A stretch of 64,000 nucleotides of DNA from positions 1,984,001 through 2,048,000 of the forward strand of contig OY762897.2 of the NCBI GenBank assembly GCA_963666515.2, in the 5' to 3' direction. How positions within the stretch are numbered: the first letter of the stretch is position 1; every line of letters begins with the position of its first letter. The stretch is from Candidatus Binatia bacterium (lineage in GTDB: Bacteria; Desulfobacterota; Binatia; UBA9968; JAJDTQ01). The position numbers were made by a program, and so were the translations under genes. Of this stretch, positions 27,396-37,895 are shown one piece after another. The notes below the pieces were generated by a model. The model was not told where the DNA came from. It was given only the letters and a program-made list of their open reading frames with translations, and made no database searches.

Positions 27396-28628
27396 ATGAG
27401 CTTCGGCCGCGCCGGCTTGTCCATCTCCGTGTTCTGGTTCACCTTCTTCGGGGCGCTGGGCATCTTCTTCCCCTACTACAGCCTTTACCTCAAGGAGAAC
27501 GCCGGCCTGAGCGGGACCCAGCTCGGCATGATCCTCTCGGTCATGCCGCTGGTGGGCATTGTCGCCCAGCCCTTCTGGGGGCAGGTGGCGGACCGGACCG
27601 GCGCCCGAAGCCGCGTCGTCGCGTTCCTCTCCATGGTGGCCGCCGCGGGCTTCGTGCTGCTGGGGCTGGCCCCGGGGTTCGTCCTCATTCTCCTGGCCGC
27701 CATATTCCTGGCCTTCTTCTCCACCCCGATCATTCCCCTTTCGGTGTCGGTGGCACTGGCGGCGTTCCGGCACTCCGGGCCCCATGCTTACGGCTTCGCC
27801 CGTTCCTGGGGCACCGTGGGCTTCCTGGGCTCGGTGCTGATCTTCCCGGTAGCGCTGGACGGCGTGCAGCAATGGCGGGGGCTCAGCCCGGCGCCGGGCG
27901 GCCCCTCGGAACCGGGCCTGGGGGTCATGTTCCTGGGCACCGCCGCCGTCGTGCTGCTGGCATCGGCCCTCGCCCTCGCCCTCCCCAGGGAAGGCATCGT
28001 GTCGCTCAGGGCGGCGCGGGGCGAGTGGCGCACGCTGCTGCGCAGCGGCCCCATGCGCCGATTGCTCTTCTTTTCCTTCAGCGCCTACCTCTTCGTCACC
28101 GGCCCCATGGGGCTCCTGCCGGTGTACGTGCGCGCTCAGGGCGGCACCCTGGAAACGGTGCAGACCATGTGGATCCTGATGCTCATCGTCGAGATCCCGC
28201 TGATCCTGTGCACCGGCATGGGACTCAAGCGCATCGGCGCCCGGGGGCTGCTGGCCGCGGGAGTGCTGGCCGGCGGCGTGCGCTGGACGGTGTGCGGGCT
28301 CACCGCCAACCCCTACTGGATCTATCCCGTGCAGATGCTTCACGGAGTGATGGTGACCGGACTGATGATGGGAGGACCGCTCTACGTGGACCGGGTGGCG
28401 CCGGGGCGGCTGCGGTCCACCGCCCAAGGGCTGGTGGCCATGGTGGGGCTCGGACTCGGCGGCATCGCCTCCAACACCGCGGCAGGTTGGATTCTGGATC
28501 ACGCCGGCGCCAACGCGCCCTACCTCATTGGCGGTGCCGGCGCGCTGGTGGTGGGCTTGGCGATTCGCTGGGTCCTGCCTGCGGTAGAGCACGAGGGCGA
28601 AGCGCGGGAGGGTGCCGGCGGCGACTAG
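27396..28628 (+). CDS. MFS transporter (HcaT/NupG-like)
   Basis: QPFWGQVADRTG and RSWGTVGF; about 12 TM segments. Confidence 0.85.
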   Translation: MSFGRAGLSISVFWFTFFGALGIFFPYYSLYLKENAGLSGTQLGMILSVMPLVGIVAQPFWGQVADRTGARSRVVAFLSMVAAAGFVLLGLAPGFVLILLAAIFLAFFSTPIIPLSVSVALAAFRHSGPHAYGFARSWGTVGFLGSVLIFPVALDGVQQWRGLSPAPGGPSEPGLGVMFLGTAAVVLLASALALALPREGIVSLRAARGEWRTLLRSGPMRRLLFFSFSAYLFVTGPMGLLPVYVRAQGGTLETVQTMWILMLIVEIPLILCTGMGLKRIGARGLLAAGVLAGGVRWTVCGLTANPYWIYPVQMLHGVMVTGLMMGGPLYVDRVAPGRLRSTAQGLVAMVGLGLGGIASNTAAGWILDHAGANAPYLIGGAGALVVGLAIRWVLPAVEHEGEAREGAGGD

Positions 28629-28631
28629 CGG

Positions 28632-28655
28632 AGGGCGACCGCCGATCGCCCCTAC
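28632..28655 (-). repeat. GTAG-tagged REP-like palindrome between convergent genes
   Basis: Minus strand GTAGGGGCGATCGGCGGTCGCCCT. Confidence 0.7.
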
Positions 28656-28714
28656 CGGTGGATACGCCGGAGGGATGACGATTCGATACGGACCGTCCCT
28701 CCGAGGGGCGACCG

Positions 28715-29680
28715 TCAGTTCAGCTTCACCAGCTTCTGAAGACTGCGCATCTCCCGTGGCGGGTCCAGCCGCCGTCCCATGATGGTCCAGGATACCTCGG
28801 CCACGTAGAGGTTCCGGTTGGAGTCCAGGCAGATCCCGTGGGGCGCGATGAACTGGCCCGGCCCCTCGCCCATCACGGGATCCCCGAAGCGCCCCAGTTC
28901 GATGCCGTCGGCGTCGCGGATGACGATGCGGTGGCCGATATTGGGATAAGCGCCGTTCTGAGAGGTGCCGGGGCCGAGCTCGCCGATGTAGCAGACGGGC
29001 TTGGCGCCGTTGTCCAGGGTCTCCATGTAGAGCGCGCACGGGCGGTGCAGGTTGTCGCACCACTGGGTCTCGAAGCGGCCCTTACCGTCGAACACCTGGA
29101 TACGGTGGTTCTCCCGGTCGGCCACGTAGACCCAGCCATCGGCGTCAGTGCAAATGTTGTGCACCAAGTTGAACTGGCCCGGATCGGTGCCGGGCTCGCC
29201 CCAGGAGAACAGCAGCTTGCCGTCGGGCGAATACTTGTGCACCCGCGAGTTGCCGTAGCCGTCCGACACGTAGATGTCGCCCTGCGGCGAGAAAGCCACG
29301 TGGGTGCAGCGGTTGAAGGGATCCCCTTTCTGAAACTCTGCCGCCTTGCCCGGAACCCCGAGGGTCATCAGCACCTTGCCGTCCAGCGTGCACTTGCGCA
29401 CCGTGTGGTCGCCGTCATCGGTCAGGAAAATGATGCCGTCTTCCTGGCCCATGGTCACCCCGTGCGCCCGCGTGAACACCCCCTCGCCCCAGGTCCGCAG
29501 GAACCGCCCGTCCTTGTCGAACACGATCATCGGGTGCTCGCCGCGGGTGAAGCAGTAGACGTTGTCGTCCTTGTCCACGCCCACCCCGGCCACCTCCTTG
29601 AAGGTCATGCCGTCCGGCAGTTGCGCCCAGCCATCCTGAACCTCGTAGCGGAACGAGCCGCGCCCCAGTATCGTGCCCAT
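28715..29680 (-). CDS. NHL-repeat protein (peptidyl-alpha-hydroxyglycine lyase-like)
   Basis: IYVSDGYGNSRVHK, VYVADRENHRIQVF and PHGICLD repeats. Confidence 0.88.
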   Translation of the reverse strand: MGTILGRGSFRYEVQDGWAQLPDGMTFKEVAGVGVDKDDNVYCFTRGEHPMIVFDKDGRFLRTWGEGVFTRAHGVTMGQEDGIIFLTDDGDHTVRKCTLDGKVLMTLGVPGKAAEFQKGDPFNRCTHVAFSPQGDIYVSDGYGNSRVHKYSPDGKLLFSWGEPGTDPGQFNLVHNICTDADGWVYVADRENHRIQVFDGKGRFETQWCDNLHRPCALYMETLDNGAKPVCYIGELGPGTSQNGAYPNIGHRIVIRDADGIELGRFGDPVMGEGPGQFIAPHGICLDSNRNLYVAEVSWTIMGRRLDPPREMRSLQKLVKLN

Positions 29681-29778
29681 GTAACCTCCCTGTTTATTCG
29701 GCGTATTCGGAGATACAGAGATACACGTTCCGGCGTCTCTTCTCCTACAGGCCCACGAGTCCCCGGTGCCCCTCTACC

Positions 29779-30126
29779 CTATCGTGCCGCCGGCGCGTCC
29801 AGCATGCGCCGCAGGGCATCGGTAACCACCGCGTTTAGGCTCATGCCCTTCCGGTACGCGTAGAGCATGGCGCGGCGGTGAAGTTCCCGTCCCGGACGGA
29901 CATTGAAGCTGCCCTTGAGCGGCATATCGGGCTTGCGCCCCTGTTCCTCGCAGAGTCTGACGTAGTCATCAACGGCTTCGCAAAACGCTCGCTTGAGGCT
30001 CTTGGCGTTCCGGCCCTCATAGGTCACAAGATCACGGATGAACTCCAGGCGACCGTGAAAGGTTTCGTCCTCCTCACTGTAGAGGATCGAACCCAGGTAT
30101 CCCCGGTACTCCAGCATGTTGTTCAT
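29779..30126 (-). CDS. hicB: HicB family antitoxin
   Basis: MLEYRGYLGS...AFCEAVDDY...KGSFNVR...SLN. Confidence 0.9.
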   Translation of the reverse strand: MNNMLEYRGYLGSILYSEEDETFHGRLEFIRDLVTYEGRNAKSLKRAFCEAVDDYVRLCEEQGRKPDMPLKGSFNVRPGRELHRRAMLYAYRKGMSLNAVVTDALRRMLDAPAAR

Positions 30127-30209
30127 ATGAGCTCCTCGTCCTCCAACACTCGGAGGACTTCGTCAACGACATACAGCTTCACGATGTTGCCGGGGTGTGG
30201 CCGATGCCA
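30123..30209 (-). pseudogene. hicA: HicA toxin C-terminal remnant
   Basis: Minus frame WHRPHPGNIVKLYVVDEVLRVLEDEELI* with ATGA overlap to hicB; no start codon or N-terminal half. Confidence 0.75.
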
Positions 30210-30272
30210 AGCTGCTTGTGGGGGTTTTCTCGATGAGTTGGAACCAGCGGCGAAACACTCCCTTGCAGGGAA

Positions 30273-30744
<472 letters not shown>

Positions 30745-30899
30745 AGGAGGGGCGGATCAAGGCCACTCGGCAAGCGTAGGTCCTTTCACCTCAAACGGCA
30801 ACCAACTTCGGTCCCCACACGGATACCTCTGACCCCTGCCCGCCAACGCCACCGATGACCCGGCTTGAACAATCACCCGCCCCTGTCTAAGATCGCCCG

Positions 30900-32630
30900 A
30901 TGGCTGTTCGGCTGGAAACGGACGTGCTGGTGATCGGCGGCGGCATCGCCGGGGCTTTCGCGGCCTACCGGGCGCGGGAGGCGGGGGTGCGGGTGCTGCT
31001 GGTGGACCGTTCGTATTTCGGCCGCAGCGGCTGCAGCGCGCTGGCTTCCGGAGTCTACCCCGCCTACATGCCGGGCGACGACAAGGACGCGTGGATGCGG
31101 GCTTTCGGCGGACCGCTGGTGAACCAGCCCTTGGTGGCCCGGTCGCTCCCGGTCATGCACGAGCACGTGCTGCTCATGGACCGCTGGGGCGTCAACTGGG
31201 TCAAGGAGGGCCGCAAGATCGTCCGCATGGGCGCTCCCGGGCGTTCCTTCGCCAACGGCGTGTGGATGGCCGAGGGCGGGCCGCAGATGATGATGGCGGT
31301 GCGCTCGGGAGTCGTCGGAAGCGGCGTCGAGGTGCTGAACCGGGTAGCCCTGACCGAACTGCTGACCTCGGACGGACAGTTGCCCACCGGGGGGCGTGTG
31401 GTCGGCGCCGCAGGCTTCCACACTCGCACCGGGGAGATCCACGAGATCACGGCCAAGGCCACCGTGGTTTGCACCGGCCCCTACAAGTTCCCCTACCCCT
31501 GGCCCGGAAGCACGCTGGGCTACATGCCCGTCGACCTGTCCGGCGACGGCATCGCCATGATGATGCGCGCCGGCGCGGAGCTGTCGCGGCTGGAGTTGGG
31601 AGGCATCAACCTGAACCCCGACAACGCGCTGTCCGCGCCCGGCCTGGAGTCGCTCATGCCGTCGGGGGCCAAGTGGGTGGACAAGGACGGCCGGCGTTTC
31701 CTGGAGGACTACGACCCCAAGCGGATGGAGATGACCCAGCGGGCGCTGCTCTACTTCGCCATCGCGCACCAGAAGGAAAAGGGGAACGTACCTTCCATGG
31801 ACCTGCGGGAGGTTCCGCCGGAGCGGATGCAGCTCATCCGGCGGGTAATCCCCATCGTCGTCAACAACCAGGAAGCCATGGTGGGCGACCTCACCGAGAC
31901 GCCGGTGCCCTACACCTACCAGGTAGCCGGCACCAGCGGCATCTTCGGCGCCGGCGCGCGGGTCACCGAACGGGGCGAGACCACCGTGCCCGGGCTCTAC
32001 GCCGCCGGCACCTGCACCGACATGACCTATCTGCCGGGCGGCAACCTGCCCTTCTGCTCCGTCACCGGCGACTGGACCGGCCGGGCCGTCGGAGCGGCCG
32101 TGGGATCGGCAGAGCCGCCGCAACCCCCAGCGGAACAGGTCGAGCGCGTCACCGCGGCGATCCTCGAGCCGCTCCAGCGCCGGAAAGGCGTCGAGTTCGG
32201 GCCGGTCCACCGCCGGCTCGGCGAACTCCTGATGGAGAAGGTCGGTCTCGTGCTCCACGCCGACCGCCTCGACGCGGCCCTCAGCGAACTCCGCGACATC
32301 CGCGAGCACGAAGTGCCCCGGCTCACGGCGCGGAACCCCCACGAGCTGGCCAAGGTATGGGGCCTCACTCAGTACGTGCAGGTGCTTGAGGCGACGTTGC
32401 GCGCCTACCGCTACCGGACCGAAAGCCGGGTCGCGTTCATCCGGGAAGACTATCCCGTCATCGACAACGTGAACTGGGTCAAGATGGTGGTGGCGAAGCA
32501 GGAGAACGGCGCGCTCACGCTCTGGGACGAACCGATACCCGAGTCCTGGCACGACCCTCATCCGGTGCGGCCGACGCAGAACCTGCATCTCGTGTTCCGC
32601 AACCAGGAGGCCGACCGTGCCGCTCGTTGA
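30900..32630 (+). CDS. FAD-binding flavoprotein, SdhA/AprA-like
   Basis: DVLVIGGGIAG, ETTVPGLYAAG and RTESR...REDYP. Confidence 0.85.
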   Translation: MAVRLETDVLVIGGGIAGAFAAYRAREAGVRVLLVDRSYFGRSGCSALASGVYPAYMPGDDKDAWMRAFGGPLVNQPLVARSLPVMHEHVLLMDRWGVNWVKEGRKIVRMGAPGRSFANGVWMAEGGPQMMMAVRSGVVGSGVEVLNRVALTELLTSDGQLPTGGRVVGAAGFHTRTGEIHEITAKATVVCTGPYKFPYPWPGSTLGYMPVDLSGDGIAMMMRAGAELSRLELGGINLNPDNALSAPGLESLMPSGAKWVDKDGRRFLEDYDPKRMEMTQRALLYFAIAHQKEKGNVPSMDLREVPPERMQLIRRVIPIVVNNQEAMVGDLTETPVPYTYQVAGTSGIFGAGARVTERGETTVPGLYAAGTCTDMTYLPGGNLPFCSVTGDWTGRAVGAAVGSAEPPQPPAEQVERVTAAILEPLQRRKGVEFGPVHRRLGELLMEKVGLVLHADRLDAALSELRDIREHEVPRLTARNPHELAKVWGLTQYVQVLEATLRAYRYRTESRVAFIREDYPVIDNVNWVKMVVAKQENGALTLWDEPIPESWHDPHPVRPTQNLHLVFRNQEADRAAR

Positions 32631-32835
32631 GGTGAACGGGAAGGCGTGCACCGGCTGCGGCGTGTGCGTCGAGACGTGCCCCACCGACGTGCTGCGCCTG
32701 GACGCGCACCAGAAGGCCTTCATGGCTTTCCCCGATGACTGCCAAGGATGCTTCGTGTGCCAGTGGGATTGCGCCTACGGGGCCGTCCGCGTGCACGTCA
32801 ACGACCCGGCCGCGTCTACGCCAGACTCCCCCTGA
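32617..32835 (+). CDS. 2x[4Fe-4S] ferredoxin (AprB-like)
   Basis: CTGCGVCVETCP and CQGCFVCQWDC; AGGAGG RBS. Confidence 0.9.
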   Translation: MPLVEVNGKACTGCGVCVETCPTDVLRLDAHQKAFMAFPDDCQGCFVCQWDCAYGAVRVHVNDPAASTPDSP

Positions 32836-34414
32836 GCGCCCGCTTGTCCACCTTGTCGCCCGACGCGACCTTCGGGAAAACGTCCATCAGCACCAAGCGG
32901 TCGGGTCGCTTGAAAGGGGCCAGCCCCTGGTCCCGCAGGAACTCCGTCACTTCCTCCAAAGTCAGCGAGGCCCCGCCCTCGGGAACGACGCAGGCGGCGA
33001 TGCGCTCGCCCATCTCCGGGTCGGCATAGCCCACCACCGCGGCCTCCCGCACCTTGGGATGGCGCACCAGCAGGTTCTCCAGGTCCGGCGGGAAGATGTT
33101 CTGGCCGCCGCGAATGATCAGATCCTGATCCCTGCCCATGAGATAGATGTTGCCGTGCTCGTCCATCCGGCCCCATTCCTCCAGGTCCAGAAAGCCGTCG
33201 GTGCGCCGGCGCCGATTGAGGTCCGGGTTGTCCAGGAAACGCGCGTCCGAAGGCAGCCCCCGGACCCACAGGCGGCCGGTCTTGCCCCGGGGCGCCTCGT
33301 TGCCGTCCCCGTCCATGATGCGTATCTCGTTGCCCTCCAGCGGCCTTCCCACGGCGCCGATGCGGACTTCGGGCGGGTCGTCCCAGGAGGTGGCGCACAA
33401 ACCGCCGCAATCCACGCTGCCGTAGCCCTGCATGATGCGGCAGCCGAGCCGCGCTTCCGCTGCGTGACCCAGGTCGTGGGGCAGTGACGAGCCGTGGCTC
33501 ACGATGATGCGTAGCGAGCCGAGGTCATGGTCATCGAGGTCATCGAGGGCCAGCAACCGGGAGATCATGGTGGGGACCATGGGAAGGACATTCACCCGCT
33601 CCCGGGCCACGGTCTCGCAGGTGAGCCGCGGCTCGAAGCGGTCCACGAGCACCACCCGCGCGCCCGCCTGGCAGACGCCGTTGTAGACCAGCCCGTCCGC
33701 CACCCCGGAGATGATGGCGGTAACCGCGCAAAGGGTGTCGTCGGCCCCGACCCGGAAGCGCTGGAGGTGCATCCAGGCGGTAAGGAGCCGCGTGTAGAGG
33801 GGCACCGCCGCGCACTTGGGAACGCCGGTGGAGCCGCTGGTGGTGGCGAGCTGGCAGATGTCCTCGACGCCGTAACGGGTGGCAGACAGGCGCTGGCGGC
33901 GTTCCTCGGAAACGGAGGCTGAGAAGACTTCCTCCAGGGGAAGGCAGCCCGCCGGGACCTCGTCCCATGCCGCCAGCACATGACGCAGTTCGGGCACCCG
34001 GACCTGCTCCAGCAGCTCCAGGTGGCGGAACCCGCGACAGGCGGCCGGCATGATCACGGCCTCGGGACGGGTGAAGCGGACGATGGGTTCAAGCTCGGCC
34101 CGACGCAGGCTCGGAGCCACGGTCACGAGCCGAAGCCCCGCCTTCTCGCACGCCAGCCGCGCCAGGAAGAGTTCCGCGGAGTTGGGCATCTGGATGAGCA
34201 CACGGCCGTCGCGCTCCAGGCCCAGGTCCAGCAGCCCCAAGGCGAGGGCGTCCGAAAGCTCGCCCATCTGCGCCCAGGTGAGACGCCGCCGGCCGTCCAC
34301 CAGCGCCTCCTTCCCCCCGACCCGGCGCGCGTTGTCGTCGCAGAAATCCGCCGCCGTCTTGAGCGGCATGTAGCGCGCGACCGCGTCCCGCAGGGTTGTG
34401 CTTTGGTCCGGCAT
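32816..34414 (-). CDS. AMP-binding acyl-CoA synthetase
   Basis: TTSGSTGVPK, QGYG, IIRGGQNI and SGDKVDK. Confidence 0.9.
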   Translation of the reverse strand: MPDQSTTLRDAVARYMPLKTAADFCDDNARRVGGKEALVDGRRRLTWAQMGELSDALALGLLDLGLERDGRVLIQMPNSAELFLARLACEKAGLRLVTVAPSLRRAELEPIVRFTRPEAVIMPAACRGFRHLELLEQVRVPELRHVLAAWDEVPAGCLPLEEVFSASVSEERRQRLSATRYGVEDICQLATTSGSTGVPKCAAVPLYTRLLTAWMHLQRFRVGADDTLCAVTAIISGVADGLVYNGVCQAGARVVLVDRFEPRLTCETVARERVNVLPMVPTMISRLLALDDLDDHDLGSLRIIVSHGSSLPHDLGHAAEARLGCRIMQGYGSVDCGGLCATSWDDPPEVRIGAVGRPLEGNEIRIMDGDGNEAPRGKTGRLWVRGLPSDARFLDNPDLNRRRRTDGFLDLEEWGRMDEHGNIYLMGRDQDLIIRGGQNIFPPDLENLLVRHPKVREAAVVGYADPEMGERIAACVVPEGGASLTLEEVTEFLRDQGLAPFKRPDRLVLMDVFPKVASGDKVDKRALRGSLA

Positions 34415-34578
34415 TGATTGCGCTCCAGCCGTGCGGCCCATCGCCGCCGGCGACCTCGCACGGTCTTTCTACTCCACCCCCCTGCGGCACATCAAACAGG
34501 CGCCAATCCGCTACACTGGATTCCCGCTTCCCAAGCTGTGCCAAAACTCCGTCCTGCGTGCGGAAAGGCGACAACACT

Positions 34579-34750
34579 CGAATCGTCATTCCGGCGAAAG
34601 CCGGAATCCAGGGGTGGGGTGGGACCGACGGCAGTGATTCCCCGCCCCCACCCACCTGGATTCCGGCTTTCGCCGGAATGACGATTCGGGCGTGGCACCA
34701 TGTCCGTAACCACGGAGAGTTTGACACAGCCGCTTCCGCGGGAATGACGG
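34579..34750. repeat. CGTC-tagged palindromic element: inverted pair plus partial third unit
   Basis: CGAATCGTCATTCCGGCGAAAGCCGGAATCCAGG...CCTGGATTCCGGCTTTCGCCGGAATGACGATTCG (34579-34688); partial CGCGGGAATGACG near 34737-34749. Confidence 0.85.
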
Positions 34751-34830
34751 TTCTTGCGAATGACGGTTGCTGCGTTTCATAGTAGGTTCTTGCGAACTCT
34801 CGGCAGCGAGCAACGGAGGGAGCGGACAGC

Positions 34831-35919
34831 ATGGTGATGATCATCAACGAAGATGAAGGCAAGGAACTGCTCACCATGGGTGAGTGCATCGACCTCATGG
34901 AGGACGTGTTCCGCGAGATCGGGCGGGGCAACGGGGTCAACCGGCCCCGGCTGCGCTACTCCTGCCCGACGCCCGACCCTAAGGCCAAGTACTTCGCCAA
35001 CATCCACGCCGGGGCGCTGCCCAAGTACGGGGTGGCGGCGTTGCGGCTGAACTCGCGGCTCGCGGAGGAGAAGGACGACGAGACCCGGCGCGTGGAGTTC
35101 CAGCACCCCACCAGGCGCTACTGGGGCCATTTCCTGGTTTACAGCCTGGAGACAGCGGAACTGCTGGGCATCATCGTCGACGGCACCATCTCGCCCTTGC
35201 GCGTAGGCGCCACCAGCGGCGCCGCGGTGCGCCTGCTGGCCCGACCGGACTCGCGGGTAGCGGGCCTCTTCGGCACGGGCCACCAAGCGGAGCTGCACGC
35301 CCGGGCGCTGGTGGACGCGCTGCCGCTGCAACGCATGAAGGTGTACAGCCCTTCACGCGCGCACCGGGAGGAGTTCTGCGCGCGATTCGGCGACGAGCTG
35401 GGGATCCCGGTGACCGCCGCGGCGGAACCGGGGGACGTGGTGAAGGGCTCGGACGTGATCTGCTGCGCCACCAACTCGTCGGGGCCGGTGTTCGACGGAA
35501 AGGACCTGGAGCCGGGCCAGACGGTGGTGTCTATCGTCAACAGCGACGTGGTGTTCGAACGCCACGAGGTGGACCGGGAGACGTTCCGGCGCAGCGACCT
35601 GATCGTGGTCAACGACCGCGAGAGCGTTCACGCCAACCGCCAGAAGGAACTGCTGGACCCCATCGACGCGGGCGAAACCTCCTGGGACCGGGTGGCGGAA
35701 CTGGGCGAAGTGGTGAACGGGACCGCACCCGGCCGCCGGGATCCGTCGGACATCATCTACTACAAGAACAACTCCGGCATGGCGATCCAGTTCGCCGCCA
35801 TGGGCAAGGCCGTGCTGGACAAGGCCCGCGAGACGGGCACCGGCAGGGAGCTTCCGGGCGAGTGGTTCTCCGCGGACCTGGAGCCCTGGTTCGCCAGGGG
35901 CTACTCGCCGGCGTCGTAG
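34831..35919 (+). CDS. Ornithine cyclodeaminase/mu-crystallin family protein
   Basis: LRVGATSG, GLFGTGHQA, DVICCATNS and SGMAIQ. Confidence 0.9.
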   Translation: MVMIINEDEGKELLTMGECIDLMEDVFREIGRGNGVNRPRLRYSCPTPDPKAKYFANIHAGALPKYGVAALRLNSRLAEEKDDETRRVEFQHPTRRYWGHFLVYSLETAELLGIIVDGTISPLRVGATSGAAVRLLARPDSRVAGLFGTGHQAELHARALVDALPLQRMKVYSPSRAHREEFCARFGDELGIPVTAAAEPGDVVKGSDVICCATNSSGPVFDGKDLEPGQTVVSIVNSDVVFERHEVDRETFRRSDLIVVNDRESVHANRQKELLDPIDAGETSWDRVAELGEVVNGTAPGRRDPSDIIYYKNNSGMAIQFAAMGKAVLDKARETGTGRELPGEWFSADLEPWFARGYSPAS

Positions 35920-35933
35920 GGGACACCCGCGCA

Positions 35934-37022
35934 ATGACCGAGACCGAGCGTGCCGGACTGGCCCAACGGATCAAGGCGTGGGGCCGGGAGCTGGGCTTCC
36001 AGCAGGTGGGTATCGCAGGCGTGGACTTGGCCGAGGACGAGGCGCTGCTGGAGCGCTGGCTGGCTGAGGGGCGCCACGGCGAGATGGCCTACATGGAGCG
36101 GCACGGTTCCCGGCGCGCGCGCCCGGCCGAGATTGTGCCGGGGACCGTCCGGGTGATCTCGGCCCGCATGGACTACCTCCCGGAGCCGGGAGCGGACCCG
36201 TGGCGAGTGCTCGACGATCCGCACCTTGGCTACGTATCCCGCTACGCCCTGGGCCGGGACTACCACAAGTTGTTGCGCAAGCGGCTTCAGGCGCTGGCGG
36301 ACCAGATCGCCGCCTCCGCCGGCCCCTTCGGCTACCGGGTGTTCACCGACAGCGCGCCGGTGCTGGAGAAGCCGCTGGCGCGCAACGCCGGGCTGGGCTG
36401 GATCGGCAAGCACACCAACCTCATCAACACCGGCGCCGGTTCGTGGTTCTTCCTGGGCGAGATCTATACCGACCTCACACTGCCGGTGGACACCGCCGCG
36501 GAAGACCGCTGCGGCGCCTGCCGCGCCTGCATCGACGTCTGCCCCACCGGGGCCATCACCGGCCCCTACCGGCTGGATGCGCGCCGGTGCATCTCCTACC
36601 TCACCATCGAGCTGCGCGGGTCCATCCCGGTGGAGCTTCGGCCGCTCATGGGCAACCGCATCTACGGCTGCGACGACTGCCAGCTCGTCTGCCCCTGGAA
36701 CCGCTATGCCCGCCCGACGCGCGAGTCCGGCTTCCTGCCCCGCCACGGCCTGGACGCCCCGGCGCTGCTGGAGCTGTTCCGCTGGAGCGAGGAGGACTTC
36801 CTGCGCATGATGAGCGGAAGCGCCATCCGCCGCATCGGCCATGCCTGCTGGCTGCGGAACGTCGCCGTGGCGCTGGGCAACGCACCCTACGATCCTCTCA
36901 TCGTCCGGGGTTTGCGGCAGCGGAGCGACGACCCCTCACCGCTGGTGCGGGAGCACGTGGCGTGGGCGCTGGAGCAGCAGGACCGCAAGCGGACGGATTC
37001 CCGGAACGCGCCGCCATCGTGA
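35934..37022 (+). CDS. queG: Epoxyqueuosine reductase
   Basis: SRYALGRDYHK, DSAPVLEK, CGACRACIDVCPT and GCDDCQLVCPWN. Confidence 0.96.
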   Translation: MTETERAGLAQRIKAWGRELGFQQVGIAGVDLAEDEALLERWLAEGRHGEMAYMERHGSRRARPAEIVPGTVRVISARMDYLPEPGADPWRVLDDPHLGYVSRYALGRDYHKLLRKRLQALADQIAASAGPFGYRVFTDSAPVLEKPLARNAGLGWIGKHTNLINTGAGSWFFLGEIYTDLTLPVDTAAEDRCGACRACIDVCPTGAITGPYRLDARRCISYLTIELRGSIPVELRPLMGNRIYGCDDCQLVCPWNRYARPTRESGFLPRHGLDAPALLELFRWSEEDFLRMMSGSAIRRIGHACWLRNVAVALGNAPYDPLIVRGLRQRSDDPSPLVREHVAWALEQQDRKRTDSRNAPPS

Positions 37023-37072
37023 ACGCGCGGCGGCGACCTGTGAGGACGGTTTCGAGCCCGCCGCGCCGATCC

Positions 37073-37888
37073 CTATCGACTCATCGGCTCCATGAGGCTG
37101 GGCACCTGGAAGACCTGTCCGTCGTCGAGCCTCAACGCGGTCAGCGAACCGCCCCACACGCAGCCGCTGTCCAGGCACACCGTGCCGTTCTCGCGGTGGA
37201 ATCCCAGGGTCGCCCAGTGCCCGTAGAGAACCGTCTCTCCGGCGTCCTGGCGGCGCAACGTGAACCACGGGCTGTAGCCGGCGGGCGCGTCCGCCGGCAC
37301 TCCCGAGAACGACAGCGCCATGCGGCCGTCGGCCGTGCAGCACCGGAGCCGCGTGAACACGCCCAGGATACAGCTCCAGCGGTCCGGCCCGTTCAGATCT
37401 TCGGACCACGCCTCTACCGAGCGGCCCATCTGGATCTGCAGAAACTCCCGGTAGTCGGCGGCGCGCAACCGCGATTCGACCTCCCCCGCCAACCGGACGG
37501 CCTCCGCGGTGGACCACCGGGGCAACAGGCCGGCGTGGGAGAGGACATAGCCGTCCTCGCAATGGATCAGCGGAAGACGGCGCAGCCAGTCGACCAGTTC
37601 ATCGCGGTCAGCGGCGGCCAGAATCTCGGCCAGGGTGTCCAGGCGCTTGGTGGGGGAAACGCCTTCAGCGCGGCAGATCAGGTGAAGGTCGTGGTTGCCG
37701 AGGACCGTGACTCCGGCCGAGCCGAGCCCCTTGACGAAGCGGAGCACGGAAAGCGAGTCGGGGCCGCGGTTCACGAGGTCGCCGGCGAACCAGAGCCGGT
37801 CCGCGGCCGGATCGAAGCCGGCCATGTCCAGCAACCGCCGCAGAGCGTCGTAGCAGCCCTGCACGTCGCCGATGGCGTACGTGGCCAT
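37073..37888 (-). CDS. apaH: Symmetrical bis(5'-nucleosyl)-tetraphosphatase
   Basis: GDVQGC, GDLVNRGPDS, LGNHD and LDSGCVWGG. Confidence 0.95.
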   Translation of the reverse strand: MATYAIGDVQGCYDALRRLLDMAGFDPAADRLWFAGDLVNRGPDSLSVLRFVKGLGSAGVTVLGNHDLHLICRAEGVSPTKRLDTLAEILAAADRDELVDWLRRLPLIHCEDGYVLSHAGLLPRWSTAEAVRLAGEVESRLRAADYREFLQIQMGRSVEAWSEDLNGPDRWSCILGVFTRLRCCTADGRMALSFSGVPADAPAGYSPWFTLRRQDAGETVLYGHWATLGFHRENGTVCLDSGCVWGGSLTALRLDDGQVFQVPSLMEPMSR

Positions 37889-37895
37889 GAGCCCG

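Noticed and set aside
34579-34750. CRISPR array or small ORFs (VIPAKAGIQ peptides)
   Set aside because: Units are inverted, not direct repeats with spacers; no cas genes; the ORFs are translations of the palindrome
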